Assembly: GCF_000018305.1 (NCBI RefSeq)
Contig: NC_009954.1
Location: forward strand, 1,620,001 to 1,652,000
Direction: 5' to 3'
DNA length: 32,000 nt
Source of the DNA: Caldivirga maquilingensis IC-167
GTDB lineage: Archaea > Thermoproteota > Thermoprotei > Thermoproteales > Thermocladiaceae
Both the position numbers and the translations under genes were made by a program. The notes under the pieces were generated by a model. That model did no database searches. It saw only the letters and a program-made list of their open reading frames with translations, and had not been told where the DNA came from. Shown here piece by piece: positions 16,232-24,256 of this stretch (positions are counted from its first letter, which is position 1; every line of letters begins with the position of its first letter).

Positions 16232-17578
16232 TTAACGTGACTCAAAGGACTTAGTTATATTAACCTTATCCACTAGGATATAGGGTACGGTTGATGGTAC
16301 GTGCATATCCCACCAGAAGACTTGAGTCGGCTTACCTGTGGAGTCCATGTAATTATTAAGCAGTGTATTAAACCTATCACTAATCCTAACACCCTTTAGG
16401 ACGTACTTAGGTTCCCCGTTCTCAATCAGTAAAACAACATCACGGCACACTGTTGAGAATATTCCCTCCCTAATGTTTTGGAACCTGGTGTACCAGTTAT
16501 TTTGAACGAAGACTCCGTTACCTAATTCATTAAACATTGATTGCGGATCATCCTTAAGTGAACCAGGTCCTATGTGTAGGTGCCTTATTGACGGTGTTAA
16601 CCAACCATGGGCGGCATTACCCGTTGACTTACCTGAAAGCTTACTCGCAGTCCTATTATTAGTTATGAAGGATGACAACACCCCATTCTTAACCAGGGTT
16701 ACGTTACTTGTCTGATTACCCTCAAAGTCCACTGGCTCTGAGCCAACTCTTGATGGGTCAGCTGATAAGTCAATTAATGTTAACGGCTCTGAAGCCACCT
16801 TATTACCAATATCCTTTACACCCAGTGGGGATAGGTTGCGTAATACGTTGTATGCGTTCATCCAGCTATTGGATATTATACTGTATAAGTGACCCGCAAC
16901 AAGTGGGCTCATAATAACCCTAAACCTACCCTCAACGCTTGTCTTAGGTAGTTTACTGGCTAATGATAGCATGAAGCCGACCCTTGAACCAAGGCCCTTG
17001 GCGTCAATGTCACTGAGCCTTCTTCCAGTTAAGGCATCCATTGATGATAACTCCGGGTCATTGTGAAAGGCCCTTATGGCTAGGTTAAAGAACGTCCCCT
17101 TCCAGTTTAGGTTTAACCCAGTGTGATCACTGTACATTGATTCACTCACACCGTATGTGAAGGCTCCAGCATTCCTCACCGAGCCCTCTGAGAGGCTTGC
17201 ATCAATTGCCTCCTTAACCATGTCAATCACCTTCTCCTCAGCATCCTCAATACTTGAATCATAGGAGTCCCAGGTTGATACTGAGCCTTGATGCGTTACT
17301 GGAACGTACTCTGGGTCTTCATTTAACCTACTTATCACTGATAAGGCCTCATTAAGCTTAACCTTAATTGCGTCTTCACTTAGGTTGGATGTATGGAATG
17401 TGTAAATCCTCCTATCCTTAGTTAAGTAAACTGAGGCCCATTCATCAATCCAGTAATTGAAGACTGATGCCTCATTGTTAGCAATCCTCAGCATTCTCCA
17501 TTTACTCACCCTAACCACTGCAACGGCTTCATTAAACCCTGTTTTCAAGGCTAATTTAACTATGGTTTCGGCGTCCAT
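16232..17578 (-). CDS. TldD/PmbA-family metallopeptidase (peptidase U62)
   Basis: Length of about 450 aa and family-typical segments (GAFTYG, LVKNGVL..F, GNA.HG, the C-terminal region). No partner TldD/PmbA paralogue is adjacent. Confidence 0.8.
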   Translation of the reverse strand: MDAETIVKLALKTGFNEAVAVVRVSKWRMLRIANNEASVFNYWIDEWASVYLTKDRRIYTFHTSNLSEDAIKVKLNEALSVISRLNEDPEYVPVTHQGSVSTWDSYDSSIEDAEEKVIDMVKEAIDASLSEGSVRNAGAFTYGVSESMYSDHTGLNLNWKGTFFNLAIRAFHNDPELSSMDALTGRRLSDIDAKGLGSRVGFMLSLASKLPKTSVEGRFRVIMSPLVAGHLYSIISNSWMNAYNVLRNLSPLGVKDIGNKVASEPLTLIDLSADPSRVGSEPVDFEGNQTSNVTLVKNGVLSSFITNNRTASKLSGKSTGNAAHGWLTPSIRHLHIGPGSLKDDPQSMFNELGNGVFVQNNWYTRFQNIREGIFSTVCRDVVLLIENGEPKYVLKGVRISDRFNTLLNNYMDSTGKPTQVFWWDMHVPSTVPYILVDKVNITKSFESR

Positions 17579-17637
17579 TAATTAGATGTTGTGGACTGGT
17601 TTTAAAGCATACCGTTGATCTTACTGGTTGCGTATCC

Positions 17638-19515
17638 CTAGGATTTCTGTTCACTGCTTAGGAATTCATTAATAGCCTTCTCAACATCACGTGAATCCAC
17701 CCTACCCCTATAATCCCTCATTATGATGGACATTAACTTACCCTTATCCTTAACACCATTATTAATCAATGATTTAACTATTGAGGCGACCTCACTATAC
17801 TGCATTCTCCATAAGCCCCCCTCATTAATAATATCCTCAACACCCCTCCTCCCACCCTCCTCCACGTACTTCTGAATAGTATCCTGAATAGCCTCCCTAG
17901 TTACCCTACCGTTAACGTAGAGTTCAAGGAGTTTATCAACAACTTGAATTATGTTGAGTTGCTCAATGTTCTTACCCATGCCTCCAATCATGTTAACGAA
18001 TATTGACGCCACGAGGGTTGGGTTAACCTTATCCTCATACTTCTTAATCAACTCCTCAGCCTCAATGGAGTACTCGGATGATGCCAATTGCCTAGCCAAC
18101 TCCCTGCTCATACCCATTGAGGTGTAGCGTTCAATCTGCTTATCTATGGGTTCAGGAACATACTTATCAGCCTTAGCCAGGAGCTCGAAGGTAATCCTAA
18201 TGGGCCTAAGGTCAGTTTCAGGATACATTCTAGCTGCACCGGGTCTAGGCCTCATGAAGTACGTTGTACCATCCTCCTTAGCCGCCCTAGTCTCCTCAGG
18301 CACGCCGTCGAATGCCTCCTTAATCCTATCCACAATAACCTTAGCAGCCTCCTGTAGTTCAACACCCTGTGGACCCATTAGGAGTATGAATGAATCAACC
18401 CCAAGCCTACTAGCCACCGCCGCCACCTCCTCCTTACTTATCCCATACCCAGGTAACTCATCACTATGCATTAACCCACCCAATCTAGTCCAGGCCCTAA
18501 CCCTATCAGCTAGCTCACTTCCGAATCTTCTTCCAGGTTGAAGTTCAAAGCCAAGTATCCCCCTTAACCCAGGGGCTTTAAGTGCAGCCACTATTCCCCC
18601 CTCGTTAATCGTTCTCTTAACTATACTTGACTTAGTTGATGAGAAAACACTTGTTACATCAATGAGGTCGGGTGTGTAGGATTCCCTTGATAAGCCCCTG
18701 TTGTTTAACTCATCCTTAATCTTAAGTAGGTTAACTTGCCTAAGGGCCTCATACTCAATAACCTTAGGTATTAGTGATAATTCCGGTACACCCTTAACCT
18801 CTGTTTTAGCCCCCTTGGCAATGGATATGTTTAAGTCCTGCCTAATAGCCCCAAGCCCCCTCTTAGTGCGCCTAGTGTTCATGATAGTCCTCCCTATTAA
18901 CCAAGCAACCTCCATTATTGAATTAGGCGGGTACTCCATAGGTCCTGTGGAAACCTCAATTAAAGGTATACCTAACCTATCTAACCTATACACAGTCACG
19001 TCACCCTTATCCTCAATTCTCCTGGCTGCATCCTCCTCAAGGGATATTGTCCATATGGGTACCTTGTAGTTTAGGAATTCAGCTAAACCATCATGAGCAA
19101 TAACCATGGTCCTTTGGAAACCCGACACATTGGATCCATCAATAACAACCTTCCTCATAACGTACACTTCATCAAACACCTTAGCGTTAAACACCTTTGA
19201 AACAGCTAAGGCTAGGAGCAGGGACTCCTCGTCAGGCTCATGGGGTGGCTCCTCATCCAACTCCACGAGGCAGGTAACGTCATTAAAACCCTCATACATC
19301 ATAGTCTTCATCTTCCTGAACTCCCATAAGGCGGCTGGGTCAATGGAACTCAACTCACTCATTGCTGGTCTAAGCCTCCTAATTATCCTGAAATCCGGCT
19401 CAGTATTCTTCAACTCCGGTTTACAGTGGCAGAACAGTTTCCTCCCAGTATCCAATTGAATATGTATCTCTAAACCCACCTTAAGTCCAAGCGCCCTATA
19501 GTCAAGTTTAACCAC
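17638..19515 (-). CDS. gatE: Glutamyl-tRNA(Gln) amidotransferase subunit E
   Basis: N-terminal LKVGLEIHIQLDT.RKLFC.C, an archaea-specific length of about 625 aa, and GatB/E core motifs. gatD is not adjacent in this window. Confidence 0.95.
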   Translation of the reverse strand: MVKLDYRALGLKVGLEIHIQLDTGRKLFCHCKPELKNTEPDFRIIRRLRPAMSELSSIDPAALWEFRKMKTMMYEGFNDVTCLVELDEEPPHEPDEESLLLALAVSKVFNAKVFDEVYVMRKVVIDGSNVSGFQRTMVIAHDGLAEFLNYKVPIWTISLEEDAARRIEDKGDVTVYRLDRLGIPLIEVSTGPMEYPPNSIMEVAWLIGRTIMNTRRTKRGLGAIRQDLNISIAKGAKTEVKGVPELSLIPKVIEYEALRQVNLLKIKDELNNRGLSRESYTPDLIDVTSVFSSTKSSIVKRTINEGGIVAALKAPGLRGILGFELQPGRRFGSELADRVRAWTRLGGLMHSDELPGYGISKEEVAAVASRLGVDSFILLMGPQGVELQEAAKVIVDRIKEAFDGVPEETRAAKEDGTTYFMRPRPGAARMYPETDLRPIRITFELLAKADKYVPEPIDKQIERYTSMGMSRELARQLASSEYSIEAEELIKKYEDKVNPTLVASIFVNMIGGMGKNIEQLNIIQVVDKLLELYVNGRVTREAIQDTIQKYVEEGGRRGVEDIINEGGLWRMQYSEVASIVKSLINNGVKDKGKLMSIIMRDYRGRVDSRDVEKAINEFLSSEQKS

Positions 19516-19682
19516 AGGAAGCGGGTGATTAAGTATTTTTAACCTTCACCACAAGCATAACCTAATCCTTTAGCACTGGGCTTCATGAGGAGTAATAATG
19601 CATCGTTAAATGCTTATGATTTGAAGGCGAATCCTAATGCATTGAAGCAATACGTGTTGATGGTGACTTTAAAATCTTTATT

Positions 19683-19712
19683 ATAGTGTAAAATTTAAAA
19701 ACTAAACACTAT
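19683..19712. promoter_or_regulatory. 7-bp inverted repeat (ATAGTGT-N16-ACACTAT) bracketing the TATA-like box AAATTTAAAA
   Basis: The arms at 19683-19689 and 19706-19712 are exact reverse complements. The TATA-like box at 19691-19700 is centred about 30 nt upstream of the ABC ATPase ATG at 19725. Confidence 0.45.
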
Positions 19713-19724
19713 CAGTTTTATCTG

Positions 19725-20579
19725 ATGCAGAATTCAAACAATATAATAGTGGAGGTTAATGGACTATGGAAGGCATTCAATGATGTGATTGTTAATGAGG
19801 ATATTAGTATTCATGTTGATGAAGGTGAAGTAGTATCCATACTGGGTCCAAATGGAGCTGGTAAAACCACACTACTTAGGCAAATCTACGGTGAATTAAG
19901 GCCTGATAAGGGTAGGGTCTTAATAATGGGTATGAATCCAGGTAAGGCTAAGGATAGGGGCATAATGAGTGTTGTCCCCCAGGAGGCTACACCATTTCAA
20001 TTACTTAAGGTTACTGAGCATGTTGAGATGCTTGTTAGGCTTAGGGGTGTACCTAAGGGTATGGTTAAGCATTGTGTTAAGGAAGCTATTAATGCAGTTG
20101 GCCTAGGGGATTACGAGAATAAGCTCATTGATGAATTATCAGGAGGCATGAAGAGACTAGTCCTAGTGGCCTCAGCAATAGCCTGTGGACCAAGATTAAT
20201 AATACTTGATGAACCAACCGTTGGTATTGATGCCCAGAATAGGAGGAGTATTTGGGACGCCATTAGGGGCGCCAGGGATAATGGATCAGCGATAATATTA
20301 ACCACGCATTATGTTCATGAGACAGAGGAACTCAGTGATAGAGTCTACTTAATTAATAGGAGGATACTCATGGAGGGTTCACCAAGTGAACTTAGGAGGA
20401 GGCTACCTTGGGTTGAGGTCAGGGGCGATAATGGTGATAAGCCGATTAGGGTTAATTGGGATGAGGCAATTAATATAATTAATGAGTTAGTTAAGAGGAG
20501 GGTTAGGTTTGAGGTTAAGGAGCCTTCCCTTGAGGACGTTTTCATTGAGGTATTCGGTGGTGGTCGTGAGACTGAGTAA
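19725..20579 (+). CDS. ABC transporter ATP-binding protein (ABC-2/drug-exporter type)
   Basis: Walker A GPNGAGKTT, Q-loop, signature LSGGMKRL, Walker B ILDEPT, and an H-loop (TTHY). Confidence 0.92.
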   Translation: MQNSNNIIVEVNGLWKAFNDVIVNEDISIHVDEGEVVSILGPNGAGKTTLLRQIYGELRPDKGRVLIMGMNPGKAKDRGIMSVVPQEATPFQLLKVTEHVEMLVRLRGVPKGMVKHCVKEAINAVGLGDYENKLIDELSGGMKRLVLVASAIACGPRLIILDEPTVGIDAQNRRSIWDAIRGARDNGSAIILTTHYVHETEELSDRVYLINRRILMEGSPSELRRRLPWVEVRGDNGDKPIRVNWDEAINIINELVKRRVRFEVKEPSLEDVFIEVFGGGRETE

Positions 20580-21306
20580 CATCTATACTGTGACTAAGTA
20601 CATTATGCTTAGTAGTAGGCATTGGATTTACGCATCATTAGCCTTCACATTAATGTTCCCAATCCTATGGCTCATACTACTTAGGGTTGTGGGTAATCCC
20701 CAGTACATGGGTTACTTCATAGTGGGTACTGTGGTTAACACGAGTTTCCTAGTACCATTCTTAGGTACATCTCAGGACATAGCCTACTTTAGGCGGGGAT
20801 CAGCAATATACGCGCTCTTATTCTCCAATGGTGCAGACCACTGGGATATAGCGCTCGGCTACATTACCCAATTAATTGCATTAAACCTACCATCAGTGGT
20901 TTCACTCCTAATACTGTCAACGTTAATAATAGGTACAAGCTACGGTGTAGTACAGGTATTAGCCACAGTAGCCACCGCAGTATTCATATCACTCTCCTCA
21001 GCTCTACTAGGCTATGCATTAGCCATGGGAATCAGGAACTACAGGATTGTGAATCAGGCAGCCCAGGTAATTCCATGGCCACTACTCCTACTAGCCCCAG
21101 TCTACTATCCAATCACCATACTGCCCCCAGTACTGAGGTACGTTAGCCTAGCACTACCCACCACTTACATGGCTTTGGCTATTAATGGTTCACTAAGCCT
21201 TAACTCAATGGAGTTAATTAAGGGATTACTAGGGCTCTTAGCCTATTCCTCAGCGTCAATCTTAATAGCCAGGTACGCGGTAATTAGGGGTGAGGTGAAT
21301 GGTTGA
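20566..21306 (+). CDS. ABC-2 type transporter permease
   Basis: Six hydrophobic segments and the typical ABC-2 size. The start is uncertain: GTG codons at 20557-20566 overlap the ATPase stop by about 14-23 nt, the next ATG is at 20605, and the ORF-track ATG at 20509 would overlap by 71 nt. Confidence 0.75.
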   Translation: MRLSNIYTVTKYIMLSSRHWIYASLAFTLMFPILWLILLRVVGNPQYMGYFIVGTVVNTSFLVPFLGTSQDIAYFRRGSAIYALLFSNGADHWDIALGYITQLIALNLPSVVSLLILSTLIIGTSYGVVQVLATVATAVFISLSSALLGYALAMGIRNYRIVNQAAQVIPWPLLLLAPVYYPITILPPVLRYVSLALPTTYMALAINGSLSLNSMELIKGLLGLLAYSSASILIARYAVIRGEVNG

Positions 21307-21617
21307 GTTTAAAAGTGAATTCCCCAGAGGACTTGGTGAGGATTGGGAGAGCCTTATCAAACCCCCTGAGGGTTCGGATACTGTTAATGCTAGTGAAGAA
21401 TCCAACCTTCATACAGGATATTGCCCAAAGCCTACACATACCCTACGCCCTAGCTCACATGCATTTGAAAATACTGGAGGAGTCAGGCCTAATAGAGGGC
21501 TCCTACGTAGTGGAGGAGGAGCCGAGGCCCCATTTAAGGAAGGTGTACAGGGTGAGGGACTTCAGGTTAATAATAGACAAGCAGCTGCTAGAGCAATTGG
21601 CGGGTTCATCCAAGTGA
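21303..21617 (+). CDS. ArsR/SmtB-type winged-helix transcriptional regulator
   Basis: LSNPLRVRILLMLVKNPTFIQDIAQSLHIPYALAHMHLKILEESGLIEG fits the ArsR HTH consensus (l.np.R..IL..L......v.eia..l.is.s.vs.HLk.L.eaGli). A TTG (21303) or GTG (21315) start overlaps the permease stop. Confidence 0.8.
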   Translation: MSLKVNSPEDLVRIGRALSNPLRVRILLMLVKNPTFIQDIAQSLHIPYALAHMHLKILEESGLIEGSYVVEEEPRPHLRKVYRVRDFRLIIDKQLLEQLAGSSK

Positions 21618-21619
21618 GA

Positions 21620-21955
21620 ATGCCCTACGCATCAATAGTGGTAATGCTCATTTCAGGCTTAGTAATAGGTGCAGGGGTTCCAGTGGCCTTATTCTACATG
21701 GCGTTTAAGGTTGGTTCATGGCCATTCCTCATAGCCGCAACAATACTAGGTGCCTTAGCCATATTCTGGGGAGCTGTAATAGCTATAGTTGCCTTCGTCC
21801 CAATACTGGATAGTATTGATAATCAGGTGAAGGTTATGAATGATCAGTTAAACACCTATAGGGCATTCATAAGGAGTCTACTTGAGGAACTTGATGACGT
21901 TAACACTGTGCTTAAGGAGATTAGGGATGATTTAAAGAAGGTGAGTGAGGCATGA
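21620..21955 (+). CDS. Small membrane protein with a C-terminal coiled-coil-like helix (111 aa)
   Basis: The ATG at 21620 is 2 nt after the ArsR stop. There are two or three hydrophobic spans (IVVMLISGLVIGAGVPVALFYMAF; WPFLIAATILGALAIFWGAVIAIVAFVPIL), followed by an amphipathic tail ...LLEELDDVNTVLKEIRDDLKKV. Confidence 0.6.
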   Translation: MPYASIVVMLISGLVIGAGVPVALFYMAFKVGSWPFLIAATILGALAIFWGAVIAIVAFVPILDSIDNQVKVMNDQLNTYRAFIRSLLEELDDVNTVLKEIRDDLKKVSEA

Positions 21956-22071
21956 GTGAACTTAAGTACGCCAATGCCAGTGATGAGGAGGTTATGGAGA
22001 AGATAAGGGAGAGAATTAGGGAGATGAAGCAGCTCCTCGGTGAAATAAGGGACATGCTTAAGGTGAGGTAA
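21952..22071 (+). CDS. Micro-ORF, 39-aa helical peptide (MSELKYANASDEEVMEKIRERIREMKQLLGEIRDMLKVR)
   Basis: Its ATG overlaps the upstream stop (gcATGa). Its TAA overlaps the downstream ATG (TAATG). It is below the ORF-track size cut-off. Confidence 0.4.
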   Translation: MSELKYANASDEEVMEKIRERIREMKQLLGEIRDMLKVR

Positions 22072-22586
22072 TGGCTGAGAAATTCGATAAATACTATGAC
22101 TACTTCAGCAGTATGCATGGGGGAATTAGGATTAGACCTAGGTCAATCAACCTAGGATTACTGAGGATTAACCTAGGTGGTGGATCACTAGTGGAGTTAC
22201 GAACCGGAGGCAGGGGTATGGCTTCAAGGATTAATGCCACTGGGGTTATGGAGGGTGAGCATGTTGAATTAGTGAATCCACCTGAGGATGTTAGGGTTAT
22301 TAGGGGTAGTTTTGTTAAGGTTCAGAATGGTGACTTAGAGGCTGTTGAGGGTGAGGAAGTAGTCCTATATAATGTTAATGTTAGTAGGGTTACTGGGAGG
22401 AGGGTAAAGATAATGAATAGTGACGTTAATCACATTGAGGCCGAGGATGCAACACTAATTAATACAGATGCTGGAGAAGTCATAGTATCACGTGGCGAAT
22501 TCATAAACTGCGACATAGATACCCTTGAATACAGGGAATCATATAAAGTCGTAAATACTGATGTAAAGAACCTGAGGAAGGCTTAG
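22071..22586 (+). CDS. Beta-solenoid-type repeat protein (bactofilin/DUF4097-like periodicity), 171 aa
   Basis: At least six consecutive repeats of about 15 residues with the pattern [VF]-x-[VLI]-x-N-x-[DN]-[VLA]-x-x-[VI]-x-[GA], for example VKVQNGDLEAVEGEE / VVLYNVNVSRVTGRR / VKIMNSDVNHIEAED / ATLINTDAGEVIVSRGE. No TM segment. Confidence 0.55.
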   Translation: MAEKFDKYYDYFSSMHGGIRIRPRSINLGLLRINLGGGSLVELRTGGRGMASRINATGVMEGEHVELVNPPEDVRVIRGSFVKVQNGDLEAVEGEEVVLYNVNVSRVTGRRVKIMNSDVNHIEAEDATLINTDAGEVIVSRGEFINCDIDTLEYRESYKVVNTDVKNLRKA

Positions 22587-22594
22587 GTGAATTC

Positions 22595-22981
22595 ATGAGC
22601 AGTAGGGATGAGATTAATACGTTAATTCGAAGGGCAAGGGATTTCCTAGCCACAGCCAGGTACCAGTTCAATAATGGTATCTACGATTTAGCTGTCTTTA
22701 ACCTAGAGCAGTCCCTGCAACTCTTCCTGAAGGCAAGAATACTGGAACATGGTGTTCAATACCCCCGCACCAATAGTATTAGGTATTTACTGAAATTCCT
22801 TCATGATATAGCTCATGATTACGAGAAGCCAATAATCAGTGGCATTCTTAGTAAATACCTCTTCGAGCTGGGTGTTCTCGAGGACGCGTATATAAATGCT
22901 CGTTACGTTCCTAGAGAGTACACTAGGGAGGAGGCTGAGGCCCTCATTAAGGTTGTGGAGGAGGTGATGAATAGTGTATGA
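22595..22981 (+). CDS. HEPN-domain protein (COG2250-type), toxin-like partner of MNT
   Basis: ARDFLATARYQFNNGIYDLAVFNLEQSLQLFLKA... and the C-terminal LEDAYINARYVPREYTREEAE match classical HEPN (..yYIptRYP...yt.eeA). GGTGA lies 5-9 nt upstream of the ATG. Confidence 0.85.
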   Translation: MSSRDEINTLIRRARDFLATARYQFNNGIYDLAVFNLEQSLQLFLKARILEHGVQYPRTNSIRYLLKFLHDIAHDYEKPIISGILSKYLFELGVLEDAYINARYVPREYTREEAEALIKVVEEVMNSV

Positions 22982-23288
22982 TTATTTAATTAATGAAGCG
23001 AAGAAAAGGCAGGAGATCTTCAGGAATCTAGACAAATACTTAAGAATCATTAAGGACACTGTTAAGGAATTGGATCAGGGGGCTGAGGTTTATTTATTCG
23101 GATCAGTGGCTGAGGGAACGTACACCTTATCCAGTGACATAGACGTATTAGTGGTAACTATGCTAAATCCAGGCATTGTACTTAAGAGGCTTTGGGAAGT
23201 GGGCATTAGGGATCCCTTTGAAGTACATGTACGGACACCAGATAAATTAAAATACTACAGTAGATTCAGTAAATTAATCAAGATGTAA
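22974..23288 (+). CDS. Minimal nucleotidyltransferase (MNT, Pol-beta superfamily)
   Basis: The canonical motif LFGSVAEGTYTLSSDIDVLVV (GS...DxD) is present. The GTG start overlaps the HEPN stop by 8 nt. Confidence 0.9.
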   Translation: MYDYLINEAKKRQEIFRNLDKYLRIIKDTVKELDQGAEVYLFGSVAEGTYTLSSDIDVLVVTMLNPGIVLKRLWEVGIRDPFEVHVRTPDKLKYYSRFSKLIKM

Positions 23289-23557
23289 TATCATATTGAC
23301 TACAACCAACCCATGAATCAGTACCTATGGCACATTTACGCAACTATTTGCTATTACCTCTAAGTAGTGAAGGGTAGGAAGACACTAATGGGGATCCCTT
23401 GCCATGACTAGAATCCATTGTTAAGGTCATTGGTTCAGTGCTTTAAGGGGATGCAATGAGATGATTTTTATAATTTAAATGATTGTTTAATAAATTTAAT
23501 AATGATTACTTATCTTAAGGGTAAAATTTAATTAATCCCCAATAATGAGCATTCAGG

Positions 23558-24169
23558 ATGCTGAATAGTAAACGTGTAGTTAAGTATAATGGTGAGGCAG
23601 CCTACAGCGTCACTGTAGCCGGGTTAAGGAGATTACTACCCATTATTGAAATTGGGGAAGTTACGATAAGTAATGGTAGATTCAAGGCTTACATAGCCTC
23701 AGACTCAGAGCTCGTGCTTGGTGACGTGGAATTCATAAATGCCGTATCAAGGGAATTAGCCAACTTAGTGAGGATACATAAACCTGAAGTTATAGTGACT
23801 CCGGAGGCTAAGGCAATAGCGTTAGCCTATGGGGTGTCTAGGGAATTAGGCATAGGTAGGTTCGTGGTTGCCCGCAAGAGTGTTAAGGCATACATGGGTA
23901 AGTATGTTCATGTTAAAGTTAACTCCATTACAACTAAGGGGGATCAATTCCTTGTTCTTGATTCATACGCCATGGGGTACGTTAGTAATAGGAACGTATG
24001 CATAGTGGATGATGTGGTGTCCACTGGAGGTACCATTAATGCCCTTGAGGAGTTAATGAGGATTAGTAATGCTCATGTAGTCTGTAAGGCTGCCATTTGG
24101 ATTGAAGGACCATGGATTAATGATGAGGAGGTGCTGCATCTAGGCGAGTTACCAATCTTCATAGCTTAA
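23558..24169 (+). CDS. Purine/adenine phosphoribosyltransferase-family protein
   Basis: PRPP-binding motif VCIVDDVVSTGGTINA. An AT-rich TATA-like box lies about 25 nt upstream. Confidence 0.85.
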   Translation: MLNSKRVVKYNGEAAYSVTVAGLRRLLPIIEIGEVTISNGRFKAYIASDSELVLGDVEFINAVSRELANLVRIHKPEVIVTPEAKAIALAYGVSRELGIGRFVVARKSVKAYMGKYVHVKVNSITTKGDQFLVLDSYAMGYVSNRNVCIVDDVVSTGGTINALEELMRISNAHVVCKAAIWIEGPWINDEEVLHLGELPIFIA

Positions 24170-24256
24170 TGATGATTCATCGAATAACACATGGTGATCA
24201 ACGGTGAATTAATTGTATTTTACGTAGCGAAACCTATTAATACCGTCCTAGGGTGA

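Noticed and set aside
19585-19686. 33-aa ORF (MRSNNASLNAYDLKANPNALKQYVLMVTLKSLL) in the gatE/ABC spacer.
   Set aside because: It has no promoter or RBS context and no motif, and it runs into the TATA-box region. It is likely a chance ORF.
19660-19724. Possible C/D-box sRNA (TGATGG ... CTGA about 60 nt apart) upstream of the ABC operon.
   Set aside because: The C box is imperfect and there are no internal boxes. The CTGA immediately abuts the ATG, and the interval is the AT-rich promoter itself.
20509-20565. ATG at 20509 as the permease start.
   Set aside because: It would overlap the ATPase gene by 71 nt and add an Arg/Ser-rich N-terminal extension. The GTG codons at 20557-20566 or the ATG at 20605 give typical short overlaps. 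The exact start remains unresolved.
21299-21955. 218-aa ORF treated as a single gene.
   Set aside because: Its first 107 codons overlap the ArsR gene in another frame and read as Gly/Pro/Arg-rich nonsense. Only the part from ATG 21620 (hydrophobic spans plus an amphipathic tail) looks like a real protein, so it is annotated as 21620-21955.
21921-22118. 65-aa minus-strand ORF opposite the micro-ORF region.
   Set aside because: It is Ser/Leu/Ile-rich and antisense within a tightly coupled plus-strand operon. The plus-strand 39-aa ORF has start and stop overlaps that fit its neighbours exactly. I cannot exclude it without expression data.
23289-23557. 269-bp non-coding gap after the MNT gene, inspected for an ncRNA or a gene remnant.
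   Set aside because: Only weak 4-bp complementarities occur, plus an AT-rich promoter-like 3' part for the PRT gene. I could not support any convincing structure or ORF.
24169-24256. Possible C/D-box sRNA: a C-box-like ATGATGA at the PRT stop codon.
   Set aside because: No CTGA D box or internal C'/D' boxes occur within the expected 50-70 nt downstream.
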